64,000 bases of DNA. Source: Prevotella sp. Lineage in GTDB: Bacteria; Bacteroidota; Bacteroidia; Bacteroidales; Bacteroidaceae. The stretch lies in contig JALEVZ010000053.1 of assembly GCA_022788105.1 (NCBI GenBank), forward strand, positions 36,858 to 100,857, given 5' to 3'. A model generated the notes under the pieces. The model was not told where the DNA came from. It was given only the letters and a program-made list of their open reading frames with translations, and ran no database searches. Within the stretch, counting starts at the first letter, position 1. The number at the start of each line of letters is the position of its first letter. The position numbers and the translations under genes are program-made. Shown here piece after piece: positions 59,397 to 64,000 of this stretch.

Positions 59397-60344
59397 CTAC
59401 AGTGGGTACTCGTCGAAGGCATAGAGCACCGTCGAGAGGTATCGCTCGCCAGTGTCGGGGAGTATCGCCACGATGGTCTTACCCTCGTTTTCAGGACGCT
59501 TTGCCAGCTCGGCAGCGGCGAAAGCGGCAGCTCCAGACGAGATGCCTACGAGCAGTCCTTCCTCGCGTGCCAACTCACGGCCGGTGCGAATAGCGTCGTC
59601 GTTGTCGATGTCGAGCACCTCGTCAATGACCGATGCGTCGTAGGTCTTAGGCACAAAGCCTGCGCCTATGCCCTGTATCTTGTGCGGTCCGCTCTGTCCG
59701 CCGTTGAGCACGGGAGAGGTGGCGGGCTCTACTGCCACGACCTTGACGTCGGGGTTGTACTCCTTCAGGCGCTTGCCAATGCCCGATATGGTGCCGCCGG
59801 TGCCCACACCAGCCACGATGATGTCTATCTTGCCATCGGTCTGCTCCCATATCTCCTTACCCGTAGTCTCGTAATGGCGGCGCGGGTTGGCGTCGTTTTC
59901 AAACTGCTGCAATATCACTGCGCCAGGTATGGTGTCGCGAAGTTCCTCTGCCGCCTTTATGGCGCCAGTCATTCCGTCTTTGCCCGGCGTGAGTTTCACC
60001 GTCGCGCCGTATGCTTTGACGAGGTTGCGGCGCTCCACACTCATGGTCTCGGGCATGGTGAGTATGAGCTTGTAGCCCTTCACCGCCGACACGAGAGCCA
60101 GTCCCACGCCTGTGTTTCCGCTCGTAGGTTCTATTATAGTGGCGCCAGGCTTCAGCAGTCCCTTCTGCTCTGCGTCTTCAATCATGGCCAGTGCGATGCG
60201 GTCTTTCACGCTACCGCCAGGGTTAAAATACTCCACCTTCGCTATGATGGGGGTCTTCAGACCTTTGAGTTTGGAATATTTGCCCAGCTCAAGAAGCGGA
60301 GTATTGCCGACAAGGTCGGTAAGTTGTTTTGCAATCTTTGTCAT
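59397..60344 (-). CDS. cysK: Cysteine synthase A
   Basis: [36 protein letters not shown]. Confidence 0.96.
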   Translation of the reverse strand: MTKIAKQLTDLVGNTPLLELGKYSKLKGLKTPIIAKVEYFNPGGSVKDRIALAMIEDAEQKGLLKPGATIIEPTSGNTGVGLALVSAVKGYKLILTMPETMSVERRNLVKAYGATVKLTPGKDGMTGAIKAAEELRDTIPGAVILQQFENDANPRRHYETTGKEIWEQTDGKIDIIVAGVGTGGTISGIGKRLKEYNPDVKVVAVEPATSPVLNGGQSGPHKIQGIGAGFVPKTYDASVIDEVLDIDNDDAIRTGRELAREEGLLVGISSGAAAFAAAELAKRPENEGKTIVAILPDTGERYLSTVLYAFDEYPL

Positions 60345-60372
60345 ATTCGGTTTCCTTTCCTTGCTTTATTCC

Positions 60373-60450
60373 TTCTTCTAAATAATGATTTTTATTCTTC
60401 TATATAACGATTTTTTTCTTCTATATAACTAATTTCTTCTTCTATATGAT
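60373..60450. repeat. 21-22-bp tandem array, 4 units (TTCTTCTATATAA…)
   Basis: Core at 60373, 60395, 60416, 60437. Confidence 0.75.
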
Positions 60451-60490
60451 GACTATGTCGTTTCAAAGCACATCTTTTTTGATTCCACAT

Positions 60491-60520
60491 CCTGCCCCCT
60501 TCGCTGTCGCAGAGGGGCAG
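60491..60520 (-). terminator. Hairpin between metY and cysK
   Basis: CTGCCCCcT…AGGGGCAG. Confidence 0.45.
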
Positions 60521-60534
60521 AATGGGCTGTGCTA

Positions 60535-61824
60535 TCATATCTGGTCGAACGCCTGCTGCAGGTCGTCGATGATGTCGTCGATATGCTCCACGCCGATGCT
60601 GAGGCGTATTGTCGACGGCGTGATGTGCTGCTGTGCCAGCTCCTCGGGCGACATCTGCGAGTGAGTGGTGGTGGCAGGGTGAATGACGAGGCTCTTCACG
60701 TCAGCCACATTGGCAAGAAGCGAGAAGATATGGAGCGAGTCTATGAACTTCCATGCTGCCTCTTCGCCGCCTTTTATCTCAAAGGTGAAGATGCTACCGC
60801 CGCCGTTAGGATAGTATTTCTGGTAGAGAGCATGGTCGGGATGGGTAGGCAACGACGGGTGGTTCACCTTCTCTACCTTCGGGTTGTGGGCGAGATAGTC
60901 CACCACCTTCAGCGCGTTGGCGACGTGACGCTCTACGCGCAGCGAGAGAGTTTCAAGGCCCTGGAGTAGAATCCAGGCGTTGAAGGGCGAGATAGCAGCA
61001 CCGGTATCGCGCAGCACCACGGCACGAATGCGTGTCACGAAGGCTGCCTTACCTGCTACATCGGCAAACACGGCACCGTGATAAGAGGGGTCGGGCTTTG
61101 CCAGTGTGGGGTATTTGTCGGCGTTTGCTTTCCAATCAAAGGTTCCACCGTCTACAATCACACCGCCAAGACTTGAACCATGGCCTCCGATAAACTTCGT
61201 TGCAGAGTGTACCACGATGTCGGCGCCGTGCTCGATAGGACGAATAAGGAACGGCGTGCCGAAGGTGTTGTCTACAATAAAGGGTATGTTGTGCTTGTGA
61301 GCAACGGCTGCTACAGCCTCCAGGTCGGTGACATCGGAGTTTGGATTGCCGAATGTTTCGGCGTAAACCACCTTTGTATTGGGCTGGATAGCAGCCTCGA
61401 GAGCAGCCAAATCGTTGACGTTGACAATGGTGTTGGTGACACCTTGCGTGGTGAGGGTGTGGGTTATGAGGTTGAACGAGCCTCCATACAGATTGTCAGC
61501 AGCCACGATGTGGTCGCCCTCCTGCACTATGTTCTGCAGTGCATAAGTCACAGCGGCAGCGCCAGAAGCCACGGCAAGGGCTGCCACACCACCCTCCAGG
61601 GCTGCGATGCGCTCCTCAAACACGCCCTGTGTGGGGTTGGTCAGACGGCCGTAGATGTTGCCTGCGTCGCGCAAGGCAAAGCGGTCAGCAGCATGCTGGG
61701 AGTTGCGGAACACGTAAGAGGTGGTCTGATATATAGGCACTGCACGCGCGTCAGTGGTCGGATCGGGGTTTTCTTGTCCTACATGAAGCTGGAGTGTCTC
61801 GAAATGAAGTTTCTTGTTACTCAT
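60535..61824 (-). CDS. metY: O-acetylhomoserine aminocarboxypropyltransferase/sulfhydrylase
   Basis: [36 protein letters not shown]; start [10 protein letters not shown]. Confidence 0.92.
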   Translation of the reverse strand: MSNKKLHFETLQLHVGQENPDPTTDARAVPIYQTTSYVFRNSQHAADRFALRDAGNIYGRLTNPTQGVFEERIAALEGGVAALAVASGAAAVTYALQNIVQEGDHIVAADNLYGGSFNLITHTLTTQGVTNTIVNVNDLAALEAAIQPNTKVVYAETFGNPNSDVTDLEAVAAVAHKHNIPFIVDNTFGTPFLIRPIEHGADIVVHSATKFIGGHGSSLGGVIVDGGTFDWKANADKYPTLAKPDPSYHGAVFADVAGKAAFVTRIRAVVLRDTGAAISPFNAWILLQGLETLSLRVERHVANALKVVDYLAHNPKVEKVNHPSLPTHPDHALYQKYYPNGGGSIFTFEIKGGEEAAWKFIDSLHIFSLLANVADVKSLVIHPATTTHSQMSPEELAQQHITPSTIRLSIGVEHIDDIIDDLQQAFDQI

Positions 61825-61953
61825 AAATTGTTTTCCTTTCTTTTTGCTTTTTGCCCCTGCTGCCCGCGTCATGTGGCTGTTTTGACAAGTTCTGTCTGCC
61901 GTAGCGGCGGCAGCGGAAGGCGTTGTTAATACGATATTTTCATTCTACTGTTG

Positions 61954-61961
61954 CAAAGGTA
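61954..61961 (-). promoter_or_regulatory. -7 promoter element of metY (TACCTTTG)
   Basis: TAnnTTTG on the minus strand. Confidence 0.6.
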
Positions 61962-62090
61962 CGGCTTTTTCGGCATATAGAAAATAGCATAAACGGGGCA
62001 TTCCGCATACCATATTCGTGGTATTTAGGCATAAACCGTGTTATATTGACACCTAAACGGGCATTTATATACACCTTTTATTATTTTTAA

Positions 62091-62210
62091 AGGAGAAATG
62101 ATGGGAGAAATGAAGAAGAGGGATGGTAGATAGAAAGGGAGGGAATAGGAGGAAGAAAGAAGAGGGATGAAAGTAAGTAAGAGGAGAGATGACAGAAAGG
62201 AAGAGATGGT
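62091..62210. repeat. Purine-rich degenerate repeat with 44-bp recurrence
   Basis: agaagagggatg at 62114 and 62158. Confidence 0.55.
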
Positions 62211-62355
62211 ATAGCAGCGCCATTACATTATAAAATAGGTGCGCATAGTTTTGCGTTGTCCTCATTTTGCAGTACCTTTGCACGAGATAAGCGGCACGCG
62301 GCAATCTGAAAGCAAGCTTTCACTGCGCCCGTTTGCACTATCTTCAAAACATGTT

Positions 62356-63936
62356 ATGAAAAAAATCACCATACTATTATTATCATTATGCCTCTGCACA
62401 GCAGCACATGCGCAGATGAGCCGCAAGGCAATGGAGCAGACGGCAAACGAGGCTGTAAGCCAGATTGCGCTTACTGGCCACACCCCCAAAGCAGAACTCA
62501 TAGAGAAACTGGCATCTAACGCCGACATGAGCATCGACATGTTGAGCCGCATGGGCGACCCCAACGACGCGCGACAGTCAAGGGCTTGCGTCCGACTTAT
62601 AGACGACATCACCGCCTATAGCCTCACCGACAAGGGCAGACGATATGTCAATCTTGTACGCAACGGACTGAAAAAGGCCATCGACCGCAGCGATAGCTCA
62701 GAGTCGCGACTCCACTATCTCGACCAACTCAAGACCGTGGCAAAGCCTGCCGACGCCTCACACATAGTCATGTACCTGACCGATCAAGACATGGCACCAG
62801 AGGCATTTCGACTGCTTGTGGCAATGCCCGACATCGACAATGAGCTGGCAGACATCGCCAAAAGCACCGCGAAGCCCGACGAGAACATAGAAAAGATAAT
62901 GAAGGCACGCAAGGGTCAGGCCGTCGCAGCACCTAAGGAGAAGGCGCGTCCCAAGCCATCGGCACTGCCATTCTGGACCGTTAGCCTTGACAAAGAGGTG
63001 GAACGCATAGCCTCAACAGCCGACCGTAGCGCCGATGACATCATACTCAAACAGCCAGCAGCACAAGCCATGCCCGCCCTGCTTGCCATAGCAGCGCAGA
63101 AGGAGGGTGGCGAGCGCGACGCCATAATAGCGCGTTACGTGACCATGGCAGAGGGATGCGGCGCCACCGACGGCGAGCGCTACCTGCTGCTACGCCGTGC
63201 CGACGAGCTGAACCCATGCCAAGCGTTGCGCCAAAAGATAGTGGTGGACCTCGGCAACACGCACACCATACAGGCTCTTGCCTACATACGACAGTACTAT
63301 GACAAGCGAGATTTGGCCGACGCGGTGGCAGTGTCGACACGCAACATCATAGCCCAGACGCCGCAAGCCAACGGCGGACGATACGTCTACAACATGTTGC
63401 AGGCCGCCAAACAGTCGTTCATACGCCACTATGACGAGCAGGGTGTGGACATGGCTATTGACGATGTGCTGGCAGCAATAGACGACTGCGGCACGTCAGG
63501 AGGCTACAATCTCGCGTTCGCCCCGCCCACCAAGATGGGCAAACGCGGCTACTGGAACATGAGCGACGAGCTGAAAGACTTTGACCTCACCTTCGACTGG
63601 CTGGCAGACGGCATATTCACCGTCAGCCTGCACTCTATGCCTGTGCTGTCGCTCGACCACAAATTGGGCGCCCGTCTTGCTAGCGACGACAAGTGGCACC
63701 CATTCGCTGGTGACGACAAGAGCTATCCCAGAGGCGAAGAAACGGACTGGTGTACGGTGAACATCAGCGTGACAGACAACATGCTGACGCTCTCTGTCAA
63801 CGGCCGCGACCTCTTCGTCAACACCCCACTCGTGAGCGAACAGCAGGGCCAACCTGCCAACACATCGGGCACAATACGCTTCCTCGCCGACGACAACGGT
63901 GCTACCGTAAGACAGGTTTGCATACGTCGCAGATAG
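62356..63936 (+). CDS. Exported hypothetical protein; helical-repeat N-terminus and DUF1080-like beta-rich C-terminus
   Basis: Signal peptide MKKITILLL…AHA; KDFDLTFDW…VNG…GTIRF. Confidence 0.7.
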   Translation: MKKITILLLSLCLCTAAHAQMSRKAMEQTANEAVSQIALTGHTPKAELIEKLASNADMSIDMLSRMGDPNDARQSRACVRLIDDITAYSLTDKGRRYVNLVRNGLKKAIDRSDSSESRLHYLDQLKTVAKPADASHIVMYLTDQDMAPEAFRLLVAMPDIDNELADIAKSTAKPDENIEKIMKARKGQAVAAPKEKARPKPSALPFWTVSLDKEVERIASTADRSADDIILKQPAAQAMPALLAIAAQKEGGERDAIIARYVTMAEGCGATDGERYLLLRRADELNPCQALRQKIVVDLGNTHTIQALAYIRQYYDKRDLADAVAVSTRNIIAQTPQANGGRYVYNMLQAAKQSFIRHYDEQGVDMAIDDVLAAIDDCGTSGGYNLAFAPPTKMGKRGYWNMSDELKDFDLTFDWLADGIFTVSLHSMPVLSLDHKLGARLASDDKWHPFAGDDKSYPRGEETDWCTVNISVTDNMLTLSVNGRDLFVNTPLVSEQQGQPANTSGTIRFLADDNGATVRQVCIRRR

Positions 63937-64000
63937 CACAAAGACGGTGTGACTGCGCCAAAAAGCAATGGTTGGAAACAAGACAAATAGAGCTGATTTT

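Noticed and set aside
61825-61950. SAM riboswitch upstream of metY
   Set aside because: I could not match a SAM-I or SAM-II consensus by eye; an Infernal search would be needed.

Overview
Chromosomal window from a Bacteroidales bacterium, most likely Prevotellaceae (inferred from TAnnTTTG promoters, ruvA-sprA, gmd/fcl and gene content). Housekeeping content: tRNA-Tyr, etfB-etfA-acyl-CoA dehydrogenase, mscS, dacB, ddh, rmuC, ruvA, sprA, ndk, gmd-fcl-rfbCDB, manA, trkHA, dxs, pepC, a PhoP/PhoR-like two-component system, Hsp20, cysK, metY. Accessory content: four non-RD Hanks-type Ser/Thr kinases with different C-terminal domains, an Hsp70-like/LytTR/FHA operon, a frameshifted SLH-domain gene, and a DUF559 endonuclease bracketed by ~60-bp inverted repeats inside the etf operon. 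The most striking signals are non-coding. (1) About 16 intergenic tandem arrays or duplications share no sequence but keep a 22-bp (or 44-bp) period; several include the adjacent stop codon or terminator arm. (2) Eight copies of a fixed-length 165-bp dispersed element contain a TTAAC-N4-GTTAA palindrome and four 22-bp units assembled from three interchangeable, invertible half-sites. All product calls come from motif recognition by eye; no database searches were run.
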